A stretch of DNA of 64,000 nucleotides from Macrostomum hystrix (lineage: Eukaryota > Animalia > Platyhelminthes). How positions within the stretch are numbered: position 1 is the stretch's first letter; every line of letters starts with the position of its first letter. The notes below the pieces were generated by a model. That model had not been told where the DNA came from and did no database searches. It saw only the letters and a program-made list of their open reading frames with translations. Below, piece after piece: positions 11,780 to 23,835 of the stretch. The stretch is from NCBI GenBank assembly GCA_950097015.1, contig CATNEN010000002.1, positions 8,432,001 through 8,496,000 on the forward strand, written 5' to 3'. The position numbers and the translations under genes were made by a program.

Positions 11780-12301
11780 AATGGTTCATGCCCAAGCAAG
11801 TAGCATGAAGCCATTTGCCACATGCTTAGTAAAGTATAGATTTTTGGTTGTGGAAGTTAGGTGTGCGGAAAACAGTATATATCTACTGAAAATCACTGAT
11901 GCTGTCAAAGTGCTACTCCGCACAACAACCTGATAGGATAGGATGCAGGTCAGTAGCTTCCAAGCACTGGATTAAATGGCGCCGCATCTTTAGCCTATCA
12001 AACTGGCAATTGGCTGGATCTATTTGACAAGCCAGTGCAACTGCATATGTGATGCATAAATACCACAGCTGTAGGCGCCCTCCTAAATAGCAACGAGGGC
12101 GCCTACAGCTACAGAATAATAAAAGCTTATGCTTTTCACAGCGAATTGCAAAAACGCTGTCATGTCTTGTAATAAATCTTCACAAGGGATCTTCTGCTTT
12201 GGCGGCAGGGGATCATAAATCACAGGTTTGCCACTCCAGTTTGAGAGTACACACCAATGTCCTCTCAGAGGATTTCCAACTGGAAAATAGAGAAAAAGCA
12301 T
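11780..12301 (-). pseudogene. Transposon-associated Ulp1/C48-like cysteine protease plus PHD-finger remnant
   Basis: FPVGNPLRGHWCVL...IYDPL (His/Asp), *EGAYSCGIYA (Gln/Cys motif with Gln mutated to TAG), AVALACQIDPANCQFDRLKMRRHLIQCLE, then ACGKWLHATCLG (PHD-like) near 11785-11830. Confidence 0.6.
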
Positions 12302-13651
12302 CTCAACAAGTTTTATGTAGAAGTCTCTGGCTTACTTAAGAAAAGCTAGACTGGCGCCACTATCAAAATTCAAGATGCTGCTCCGGAGTGTTTCTTGGCA
12401 AAGGTTGCCAACAATTACCTGCTTGTTCGGAAGGTGGTTGGCAGGATTTTTTCTATCTCGTACACAGTTTGGCCTTCCATGGCTTCCTTTGTAACAAAGT
12501 GGACGAGAAGAGACTTCAGCAGGTTATCCATCTTCTGGAAGAGGACAGGGATCAATGGTTCTTTCGTTCTTTCAAAGATTCTCCCCCCAAAAACTCGCAG
12601 GCATGGTATGGAGAGATTTATTGGCCGCCGCAATGACTTCCTGTCGACTGGCTTAAGATGCGACCTTGCGCCCCCCAAGAGTCAAACCACACGGTTCACA
12701 TGATGTTACGTGTCCATACCGACTTTGCATCTACCGGCTTTGTGTGTGGCTGGCGGCCCATGGCTCCCCACTGCATGGACTGCTGCTTAGTAAGTGGAAA
12801 ATCAAGATACGTTGTGAAGATCAATTGAAGTCAGCGCCACAGAACTCACTGATAACAGCAGAGTATTTGAAATCTGTAGTGGATGATGAATGGAAGTTCA
12901 TGTGGTTTTATAGACGTTTTAGTCATGACAGTTGAATTAATTATACTGTCTAAAATGAATATTCAGAGCTTTTCAAAAGATGTGTGTATTCCAAATGTAT
13001 TGAATCTGTAGTGAATTTCACTTAATTTAATTATGTCTATTTGTAATAGATTTTTTGTGGCACTAATGTTTTCATTCAAAATTGCTCTTGTAGTAGCATT
13101 TCTGGCCACTTCAAACTTTATAGGCAGGACTGATGACTTAATTTCATGCAGCATAGAGAAACGGTGTACGAAATAAGACAAGTCAGTTATTCGATTGGCA
13201 AGAAATATGCAGCTTCTGAAGCCAATTCTTGTTGTCTCCTTGTCTATGCTGTTGTTTGTGACGTTTGTGTTATTGCTCGTCCAAGCTTTCTTGTCCAGGT
13301 CAGGTATAAACTAAACTAATAGGGACTATTTATATTTTTAAGCAAAAACCACAGCTTGTTCTTAGGCTGTTAATTTTGTGATGCAGCATTAAAGACATTT
13401 AGGCTAGGCCCAAAACCTGCAATAATGTATGCATCAAGTCGATTAGTTTTATAAATTTTCATTTTATGATGAATAATACAAATGGTGATACCTATCTATT
13501 ATTTAGCTAATAATTTAGTTTTATGCTTAGCTCTTCGGAGAGTTGAGCTTATTTCTACAGTTTGAGCTCATCATTATATGGCTGTATGTGCCAAAGTGCT
13601 CATTAGCAAGTTGGCCGGATTGTAACATGCCGCAATCTCCAACTTGCAGGC

Positions 13652-16600
13652 ATGAGCGGCCAATCTGCGGCAGCTGGTGGCGCGAGTAGGAAGCCGCGCT
13701 TTGTTCACCCGGACTACAGCCTGGCACCCAACTGCGGAGTGACCTACGGTGTGCGCTATGTAGGCAGTGTACCTGTGCTGGCTAGCACCAGGTCACTCAA
13801 GACCGACATGAGGAACCAGGTGAGGCCGCGTCATCACCCAAGTCTTCAGGCTGGGCTCCCATGACCCCATAATCTTCAGGCTGAGCTCCCATGACCCCAT
13901 AGTCTTCAGGCTGGGCTCCCATGACCCCATAATCTTCAGGCTGAGCTCCCATGACCCCATAATCTTCAGGCTGAGCTCCCATGACCCCATAGTCTTCAGT
14001 CTGAGCTCCCATGACCCCATAATCTTCAGGCTGAGCTCCCATGACCCCATAATCTTCAGGCTGAGCTCCCATGACCCCATAATCTTCAGGCTGAGCTCCC
14101 ATGACCCCATAATCTTCAGGCTGAGCTCCCATGACCCCATAGTCTTCAGTCTGAGCTCCCATGACCCCACAGTCTTCAGTCTGAGCTCCAATTACCCCAC
14201 ACTTATCAGGTTAAGCTCTAGTATTGCTACAAGGCCAATAGGCTGTGCTAAAATAGTTAGTTCAGATTCGCAGTGCACAATGTTCTTACAGTGGCAGCCA
14301 CGCCCAAAAAGCCCCGCTGTCACTTTGTTACATTGTGAGACAGCGTGCTCAAATGTGCAGCTGAGAGTTGGCCGAACAAAGCCCATTGTCTGTCGAGGCC
14401 TTATTGCTCCTGACTTGCTGTCATTGCTGTCGGCCATAGTAACTGCTGCATACATGAGGCTTCTCATTTTTTATTATTGCTGATTAGCTATAACCGGCAA
14501 CTGATAAACAGACTGAAGCACCCTACTCACAAATTCCGGCAGTCATAGCCTCAAACCCACAATGCTATTGGCTATGTTACACTTGTGAGACAGCACTGAC
14601 CAATGAGCAGCCGAGAGTTGGCCAGCAACCAGTTCTGTGATCAGCTGATTTGCTGGCCATAGAGAGCGCTGCTAACAGATCCTGAGGTTAATTTTGCGAC
14701 TTCCCAGCTTCCCACATCCTCACTCTAGCACTCCCAGCTTTCCAGATCCTCAAATCGTCATTCTGGAATACAGCATCCCATATACCTTTACTTGGACTCG
14801 TAACTTCCGAATTCGTTACTCTGGATCTCATCACTTCTCAGATCACTTCTAACTTTTTTTAACTCCTGGCTTCCCCATATTCCCAAGTTATCAGTCAAAG
14901 TATCCCAAGACAGTAAAATTTCCGCTATATAAATCTCATTTCTACACAAGTATTTGAGGTTTTGCCCTGCCATGGATTTCACAAGAATTAAGCTAGCTTG
15001 TTCTTAACTGCGAGTACTCACAAATTCCGGCAGTCATAGCCAAAAACGCACAATGCTATTGACTATGTTACACTTTGTGAGACAGCACTGACCAATGAGC
15101 AGCCGAGAGTTGGCCAGCAACCAGTCTGTGATCAGCTGATTTTGCTGGCCATAGTGAGCGCTGCTGACAGATCCTCAGGTTATGGTCGCGACTTCCCAAT
15201 CCTCAATCTTGCACTCTGATCCCCAGTTCCTCACTTTGACACTCCCAGCTTCCCAGATCCTCACTCTGACACTCCCAGCTTCCCAGATCCTCACTCTGAC
15301 ACTCCTAGCTTCGCAGATCCTCACTCTGGCACTCCCAACTTCCCAGATCCTCATCCTGACACTCCCAGCTTCCCAGATCCTCACCCTGACACTCCCAGCT
15401 TCCCAGATCCTCACTCCGACACTCCTAGCTTCCCAGATCCTCACCCTGACACTCCCAGCTTCCCAGATCCTCACCCTGACACTCCCAGATCCTCACCCTG
15501 ACACTCCCAGCTTCCCAGATCCTCACTCTGACACTCCCAGCTTCCCAGATCCTCACCCTGACACTCCCAGCTTCCCAGATCCTCACTCCGACACTCCTAG
15601 CTTCCCAGATCTTCACCCTGACACTCCTAGCTTCGCAGATCCTCACTCTGGCAAGTTATCCTAAGATATTAAATTGTTAATATATTTCTATTTTCTCACT
15701 CTGAGCATTTCGCATGAACTTTATTCATATCTAATTTTATCACTGAAGCTGCAGCTGGGCCACAATCTGAACCACCAATTATCACAACAAGGTGACTCGA
15801 GCAGCCATCTGCATGTGCTGCGAGGCTGCAGGCCTCATCATGCCAGGCAAGAAGCGGCGCGACAAGTCCATCACCAAACTGCTTGGTGACCGGCCCAGCA
15901 TGCAGCACAGCGGTTGGAGCGTCAACATTACAGTCACCACCCAGTGCATCAGCGTGCTGGCCATGGACACGCAGGCTGTCATCGCCAGCCACGACCTCGT
16001 CAATGTCTCATTCGCCAGCGGCGGCGACCCCGACACAATGGACTACGTAGCCTACGTTGCTAAGGACGCGCTCCAGGGTCGGGCATGCTACGTGATTGAG
16101 TGCCCAGACGGACTGGCATCGGATGTGGTATCCACCATCGGCCAAGCCTTTGAGCTCAGGTACAAGGGTGTCCATTGTGCGCCGGCTGCTGCAGCTTCTG
16201 CCACACCTGCCCCTTCGTCTGGCAATGTGAGTTCGAATGTTTTCTGTATAGCCTATAATCCCTAGTTCTGGACTCGAGTTTCTGGAGTCCCAGATCCTCC
16301 GTGTGGGAATTCTCACTCCCAGGTCCTCCAATCCTGAGTTGTAAATCCATCTCTAATCTATAATCTGTATTGAAGGTATCTACTCACAAATTCCGGCAGT
16401 CATAGCCTCAAACCCACAATGCTATTGACTATGTTACACTTGTGAGACAGCACTGACCAATGAGCAGCCGAGAGTTGGCCAGCAACCAGTTCTGTGATCA
16501 GTTGATTTTGCTGGCCATAGAAAGCGCTGCTAACAGATCTTAATTTTCAGACCCTCAAGGCTGCAGCAGCCGCCCTCCCAGACCCTCAAGGCTGCAGCAG

Positions 16601-19085
16601 CCATCCCTGATCCTCAAGGCTGTAGCAGCTGCCCTCCCAGCTGATCCTCAAGGCTGTAGCAGCTGCCCTCCCAGCTGATCCTCAAGGCTGCAGCAGCTGC
16701 CCTCCCAGCTGATCCTCAAGGCTGTAGCAGCTGCCCTCCCAGCTGATCCTCAAGGCTGTAGCAGCTACCCTCCCAGCTGATCCTCAAGGCTGCAGCAGCT
16801 GCCCTCCCAGCTGATCCTCAAGGCTGCAACAGCTGCCCTCCCAGCTGATCTTCAAGGCTGCAACAGCTGCCCTCCCAGCTGATCCTCAAGGCTGTAGCAG
16901 CTGCCCTCCCAGCTGATCCTCAAGGCTGTAGCAGCTGCCCTCCCAGCTGATCCTCAAGGCTGCAGCAGCTGCCCTCCCAGCTGATCCTCAAGGCTGCAAC
17001 AGCTGCCCTCCCAGCTGATCCTCAAGGCTGCAGCAGCTGCCCTCCCAGCTGATCCTCAAGGCTGTAGCAGCTGCCCTCCCAGCTGATCCTCAAGGCTGTA
17101 GCAGCTGCCCTCCCAGCTGATCCTCAAGGCTGTAGCAGCTGCCCTCCCAGCTGATCCTCAAGGCTGTAGCATCTGCCCTCCCAGACCCTCAACGCTGCAG
17201 CAGCCGCCATCCCAGACCCTCAAGGCTGCAGCAGCCGCCCTCCCAGACCCTCAAGGCTGCAGCAGCCGCCATCCCAGACCATCAAGTCTGTAGAACCCGC
17301 CATCCCAGATCCTCAAGACTGCAGCAGCCGCCCTCCCAGATCCACAGACCAAACATGGCCACCCTAACTAAATGTAGAGTTTTATCCAGCGATCGACTGT
17401 AGTTTAACAATATATGAACACAGTTGCGAGATTAAATTGCTAAATGTAATGAAACCGCATGCGTTAAAGGTCTAAGACTGTATCAGTTAGTTTCTTAGGC
17501 AGCGAAGGTGTTAGTAATGTGTTTTCAGTTATGACTAATCACAGTTTGGGCTTCAGTTTTGGCTCTGTTTGCCAGGTGCTTCGCATAGCTTGGCACTAAA
17601 TATAGCCATCAGCTTGACCTTGGCTGGCTGGCTAAACAGACTATTCAATATATTAGGTTGTTTAAAGTTTACTTAGCTGGCTTTCTAATCATTCATGGCG
17701 CGATCTTTGCGCATCAATTTGTTTAAAATTTAGACTGCCTTAACAGACTGAAGATTTGAAGGGTCAGCGATTGACACGTTTGATCTAATCATTCAGACTG
17801 CATTCAGTCCTTTCCTCATACTCCATTCAGCCCCTTCCTCAGACTCCATTCAGTCCTTTTCTCAGACTGCATTCAGTCCTTTCCTCCGACTGCATTCAGT
17901 CCTTTCATCAGACTGCATTCAGTCCTTTCCTCAGACTGCATTCAGTCCTTTCCTCAGACTGCATTCAGTCCTTTCCTCAGACTGCATTCAGTCCTTTCCT
18001 CAGACTGCATTCAGTCCTTTCCTCAGACTGCATTCAGCCCCTTCCTCAGACTCCATTCAGTCCTTTTCTCAGACTGCATTCAGTCCTTTCCTCAGACTGC
18101 ATTCAGTCCTTTCCTCAGACTGCATTCAGTCCTTTCCTCAGACTGCATTCAGTCCTTTCCTCAGACTGCATTCAGTCCTTTCCTCAGACTGCATTCAGTC
18201 CTTTCCTCAGACTGCATTCAGTCCTTTCCTCAGACTGCATTCAGTCCTTTCCTCAGACTGCATTCAGTCCTTTCCTCAGACTGCATTCAGTCCTTTCCTC
18301 AGACTGCATTCAGTCCTTTCCTCAGACTGCATTCAGTCCTTTCCTCAGACTGCATTCAGTCCTTTCCTCAGACTGCATTCAGCCCCTTCCTCAGGCTTCA
18401 ATTGACCACCTCCCTTAACTTCCTTCAGAGGCCAGTCCAGCAGCAGCCGTCCCAACCGCAGTTCCTGGACGTTCAGCAGAAGCAAAATCAAAACGACGCC
18501 AGCGGCGCTGCAGGAATTGACTTTGGTATGCGATGCAGTTTCCTGGAATTCTTAGCGCATTAAATAGGCTACAGATCTCTGGCTTTCACCAATGCCCCCA
18601 CTCCCTCCGCCTATTGCGCAGACCCGGCGCCGGCTCTACCGCCTCGCCACGCGCCAGCCTCAGTCGGCATTGTTGTCAGCGATGCGGCAGCCGCCAGCGC
18701 CTATCTTGTGCCCACTGTAGCTGATGCAGTCGCTTCAAACGGCAGCTCGGATCAGCAGCCGCTGTCGCAGCCCTGGTATCACGGTCACGTGACTCGGCTT
18801 GACGCCGAGGCCAGGCTGCAGGCCGAGGGCGACTATCTGGTCCGCTCCGCCTCCGGCCAGCCCGGCCAGTACGTGCTCAGCGGCCGCCTCACCGGCTCTG
18901 GTCCCGGCGGCCAGCCCCGCTACAAGCACCTGCTGCTGATCGATCCCGATGGCCGGGTTCGAACTCGCGACCGCGTATTCGACAGCGTAGAACAGCTGAT
19001 TAGATTTCACTCAGACAGCCGGCTGCCCATTGTCAGCGAAGACAGCGAGCTGGTGCTGGGCCGACCGGTGCTCAAGCCGCGGTGA
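13652..19085 (+). CDS. SHC1: SHC-family adaptor (PTB + CH1 + SH2), 4 coding exons
   Basis: Exons 13652-13819, 15792-16226, 18429-18525 and 18568-19085, with GT-AG ends and consistent phases. PTB motifs VRYVGSVPVL..R, SFASGGDPDTMDYVAYVAKD and TIGQAFELR; SH2 motifs PWYHG and GDYLVR. Exon 3/4 boundaries are less certain. Confidence 0.9.
13843..14190. repeat. 30-bp minisatellite (GGCTGAGCTCCCATGACCCCATAATCTTCA), about 11-12 copies, SHC intron 1
   Basis: Tandem units start about 20 bp after the exon 1 donor. Confidence 0.95.
14523..14683 (+). repeat. About 160-bp locally dispersed repeat, copy 1
   Basis: TACTCACAAATTCCGGCAGTCATAGCC...GCGCTGCTAACAGATC also occurs at 15015-15175 and 16380-16539, with a degenerate copy near 14320-14440. 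Confidence 0.9.
15015..15175 (+). repeat. About 160-bp locally dispersed repeat, copy 2
   Basis: Near-identical to 14523-14683; followed directly by the 30-bp array. Confidence 0.9.
15200..15650. repeat. 30-bp minisatellite (CTTCCCAGATCCTCACTCTGACACTCCCAG), about 15 copies
   Basis: Tandem units in SHC intron 1. Confidence 0.95.
16380..16539 (+). repeat. About 160-bp locally dispersed repeat, copy 3 (SHC intron 2)
   Basis: Near-identical to copies 1 and 2; followed directly by the 34-bp array. Confidence 0.9.
16548..17345. repeat. 34-bp minisatellite (CCTCAAGGCTGTAGCAGCTGCCCTCCCAGCTGAT), about 23 copies
   Basis: Tandem units in SHC intron 2; the ends have shorter variant units. Confidence 0.95.
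17790..18395. repeat. 23-bp minisatellite (CAGACTGCATTCAGTCCTTTCCT), about 26 copies
   Basis: Ends about 30 bp before the SHC exon 3 acceptor. Confidence 0.95.
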
Positions 19086-19224
19086 AGGAAATTGTGGCGA
19101 CTGCCATCTAAACTGAAATTCAATGCCATCTGTGTAACATTCTGTGTAACTTTAAGGGACAAAGTGCATAATCAGTCGTACGTCAGTCGTTCGGACACAG
19201 TCACTCTAAAACAAGTGCTGTATA

Positions 19225-19775
19225 ACAGCTAGATGTGTCTGTAACAGCTACTGTCTAATAGCTAGATGTATCTGTAACAGCTGCTGTCTAATAGCTAGAT
19301 GTATCTGTAACAGCTGCTGTCTAATAGCTAGATGTATCTGTAACAGCTGCTGTCTAATAGCTAGATGTATCTGTAACAGCTACTGTCTAATAGCTAGATG
19401 TATCTGTAACAGCTACTGTCTAATAGCTAGATGTATCTGTAACAGCTGCTGTCTAATAGCTAGATGTGTCTGTAACAGCTACTGTCTAATAGCTAGATGT
19501 GTCTGTAACAGCTACTGTCTAATAGCTAGATGTGTCTGTAACAGCTACTGTCTAATAGCTAGATGTATCTGTAACAGCTACTGTCTAATAGCTAGATGTA
19601 TCTGTAACAGCTACTGTCTAATAGCTAGATGTGTCTGTAACAGCTACTGTCTAATAGCTAGATGTGTCTGTAACAGCTACTGTCTAATAGCTAGATGTAT
19701 CTGTAACAGCTACTGTCTAATAGCTAGATGTATCTGTAACAGCTACTGTCTAATAGCTAGATGTATCTGTAACAG
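19225..19775. repeat. 33-bp minisatellite (AATAGCTAGATGTATCTGTAACAGCTACTGTCT), about 16 copies
   Basis: Tandem units about 140 bp downstream of the SHC stop. Confidence 0.95.
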
Positions 19776-20549
19776 GCGCTGTCCAGCACTTGAAGAGTCA
19801 AGACCAGTAAGAGCATAACAGTTTAGGGCAGTTCATTGATTGCATCTAGTTCAGTTAGTTATTAGCGTTCGCACCCATCACTACCGTTGTGATCAAGTGT
19901 TTTTCTGTAGATGTGGTTCTATTTTTCCAACGAAATAACGCCTAGTTTTTTGTTTCAATATAAATTCTTTTTTTTCACTTCTGAATGCAGACTTCAATTG
20001 TCAGTAGCCGCAATCGAACATGATTGTGTGTTTTTGTTCTCAATAGCATAGTTATAGCTAAGTTTGTGATTCAGTATCGTGTCTTCCATTTATCCACGCA
20101 TCTGCTACTGACTTTCTAGCAAATAAGCGTATGCTTAGCCTGTGTTCGATTAATCTTTGCCGCGACAAAAATGAAGCTCGTACCTAGTATCGATAGAAAT
20201 TCGCAAAATTAGTTGTTGTATTATACGCCACTTTGTACTATTAGGCAAGGTAATTTTTTACACTTCAAACGGGTAATTACCGCATGCTTTTGTCTGTTTC
20301 CTGAGCGTTAAACTTTCTCCACAATGGAATATTGTTTTTTTCACTACTTCAAGTAGTACTGTTTTTTATGAATTATAAGAACAACGCGTGTCTGTTCTTC
20401 CAATAAGCTCGCTGACTCGAAACTTCACCTTCCATCGGACAAAGCCTTTCTATTTTTGTCTCGCTTGATTGATTTCACGTAAATTCGGGCTTTTAACGAA
20501 ACAGCTGATAATGATAGAGAAATATTCTTTTTAAGTGGTAGAAAGAATC

Positions 20550-21045
20550 TAACAGACAGGGTAGAGTTAATCTGGTACGCAGCGTAGAATGCATCTGGCA
20601 GACAGGGTAGATTAAATCTGGTAGGCAGGGTAGAATAAATCTGGTGGACAGGGTAGATTAAATCTGGTGGACAGGGTAGATTTAATCTGGTAGGCAGGGT
20701 AGAATAAATCTGGTGGACAGGGTAGAATAAATCTGGTGGACAGGGTAGAATAAATCTGGTGGACAGGGTAGAATAAATCTGGTGGACAGGGTAGAATAAA
20801 TCTGGTGGACAGGGTAGAATAAATCTGGTGGACAGGGTAGATTAAATCTGGTAGGCAGGGTAGAGTATATCTCGTAAATAGGGTAGAATATATCTGGTAG
20901 ATAAAGTAGAATATATCTGGTAGACAGGGTAGAAAAAATCTCGTAGACAGGGTAAAAGGAATCTAGTAGATGGGTGGAATGAATCTAGTTGACATGCATT
21001 TTAGAATAAATCTGGTAGACAGGGTAAAATAAATCTGGTAAAAAT
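20550..21045. repeat. 23-bp minisatellite (GACAGGGTAGAATAAATCTGGTG), degenerate edges
   Basis: Intergenic tandem units. Confidence 0.9.
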
Positions 21046-21344
21046 GAGACATTTTCGTCCCATTTAATCTCGTGATTAAAAGCTGATGGTCTCATATGCT
21101 CATTTCTCTGATTGCGCATGTTAATAAGGCTATCGTGTGTTTTTTCTGTGCTCAGAATAGAGAGTTAAAGTTGTCCAAGCGTGTGATTTTGCTTGGGCAT
21201 ACATTTTGTCTTTTCAGTACAAATCGCTGTGTACATTGTTCGAACCTCATTGCAATGCTTGTTACCTGCATGCCACTGTTAGCTATTCTCGGCTGTTATT
21301 GGCATTATCTGCCCCTCATGATTTTCTTTCTCACCTGATGGCTG

Positions 21345-22445
21345 TTGCGATTGATACACTTGATAGACCCTGGAATTGATACACTTGATAAACCCTGCGA
21401 TTGATACACCTAATAGACCCTGGGATTGATACACCTGATAATCCCTGGGATTGATTCACCTGATAATCCCTGGGATTGATACACCTGATAGACCCTTGGA
21501 TTGATACAGGTCTGATAGACCCTGGGATTGATACACCTGATAGACCCTGGGATTGATACACCTGATAGACCCTGGGATTGATACACCTGATAGACCCTGG
21601 GATTGATTCACCTGATAATCCCTGGGATTGATTCACCTGATAGACCCTGGGATTGATACACCTGATAGACCCTGGGATTGATTCACCTGATAATCCCTGG
21701 GATTGATACACCTGATAGACCCTGGCATTGATACACCTGATAGACCCTTGGATTGATACACCTGATAGACCCTGGGATTGATACACCTGATAGACCCTGG
21801 GATTGATTCACCTGATAATCCCTGGGATTGATTCACCTGATAGACCCTGGGATTGATACACCTGATAGACCCTGGGATTGATTCACCTGATAATCCCTGG
21901 GATTGATACACCTGATAGACCCTGGCATTGATACACCTGATAGACCCTTGGATTGATACACCTGATAGACCCTGGGATTGATACACCTGATAGACCCTGG
22001 GATTGATACACTTGATAAACCCTGCGATTGATACACCTGATAGACCCTTGGATTGATACACCTGATAGACCCTGGGATTGATACACCTGATAGACCCTTG
22101 GATTGATACACCTGATAGACCCTGGGATTGATACACCTGATAGACCCTGGGATTGATACACTTGATAAACCCTGCGATTGATACACCTGATAGACCCTTG
22201 GATTGATACACCTGATAGACCCTGCGATTGATACACCTGATAGACCCTTGGATTGATACACCTGATAGACCCTGCGATTGATACACCTGATAGACCCTTG
22301 GATTGATACACCTGATAGACCCTGGGATTGATACACCTGATAGACCCTTGGATTGATACACCTGATAGACCCTGGGATTGATACACCTGATAGACCCTGG
22401 CATTGATAACCCTGGGATTGATACACTTGATAGACCCTGGGGTTC
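21345..22445. repeat. 25-bp minisatellite (GATTGATACACCTGATAGACCCTGG), about 44 copies
   Basis: Tandem units built from a few recurring variants. Confidence 0.95.
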
Positions 22446-22844
22446 ATTGATTGATCGAACATGCCCTACTCCACTCGCTGCAAAGATCTGCGCGAACTTT
22501 TATCACTTATACAAATCCCGCTACCCTTATTCTAGTGTTTTATTATTATCAGTTTTGGTCCAGCTCGACACAGCTACCCGTGTTTGTACTCTTGAATGTT
22601 ACTGACTCCTACAAATGCTACCAACGACTGGTGTTCACCGTTGCTTTATCAACAAAGCCAGAAAGGCACTAATAAATATTTATCTACGCTAATTGATTGA
22701 TCGCATCGGCAGTTATTTGTGATTACACTGATTGCCGTTGACTTCTACCGACTCTTGAGTTTGAAGGACTCGATTATTTCATACACGTCAGAAGTAACGT
22801 TACAAATTGATAAATTGGTCAAATGGTAACAGTACGATGACAAT

Positions 22845-23395
22845 CCGACTCCAGCTGCCATGACAGTCAGATACCAGCTGCCATAACAGTCATACTCCAG
22901 CTGCAATCACAGTCAAACTCCAGCTACCATGACAGTCAGACACCAGCTGCCATGACAGTCAGCCTCCAGCTGCAATCACAGTCAAACTCCAGCTACCATG
23001 ACAGTCAGACACCAGCTGCCAGTCTTGTGAGTCAGACTCCAGCTGCCATGACAGTCAGACACCAGCTGCCAGTCTTGTGAGTCGGACTCCAGCCGCCATG
23101 ACAGTCAGACACCAGCTGCCCTGACAGTCAGACACCAGCTGCCCTGACAGTTAGACACCAGCTGCCATGACAGTCAGACACCAGCTGCCCTGACAGTCAG
23201 ACACCAGCTGCCCTGACAGTCAGACACCAGCTGCCAGTCTTGTGAGTCAGACTACAGCTGCCATGACAGTCAGACACCAGCTGCAATCTCAGTCATACTC
23301 CAGCTGGCATGACAGTCAGACACCAGCTGCCATGACAGTCAGACTCCAGCTGCCATGACAGTCAGACTTTAGCTGCCAGTCTTGTGAGTCAGATC
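22845..23395. repeat. 23-bp minisatellite (CCAGCTGCCATGACAGTCAGACA)
   Basis: Tandem units ending about 440 bp upstream of the G-alpha ATG. Confidence 0.9.
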
Positions 23396-23835
23396 AGGTG
23401 AAAGCTGGAGCAGTTCACAATGTTTCGCACCGCTGTCAGGCGGGCCAGTTGCAATGGTCCTGAAGGAATTGCCCCATTTGTCCCCGCCTGCTACCCGCCT
23501 ACGCTGAAAGCGGCCAGCCAATGAAGGCTGTGCAGTCCGTATCCGCGATTGCTCAGCCATCTGCGGCTGCGGACCGGCCGACCCCCGTGTGCCTGACTTC
23601 GAGCCGACAAAAGCGGGCTTCATTATCGAAATAGCCGATAAGCCACTGCTGAGGCTCTGCACTCCTGCCTGCCCACCTCGGCGCATCTGTTCCCGCAATT
23701 CGAGCGTCTCTGGCTAGCTGAGCATAAATTAATTGATTGCACCGCTGCTGCGAGAAAACTTTGTCCACAGCTGGCAAATCTCTGAGCCTCTGTGGGTCCC
23801 GAGTCGACTTCTCAAACCGCAGTCAGGCCTGCTGA

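Noticed and set aside
21331-22462. Repetitive 150-256 aa ORFs
   Set aside because: Produced by the 25-bp minisatellite.
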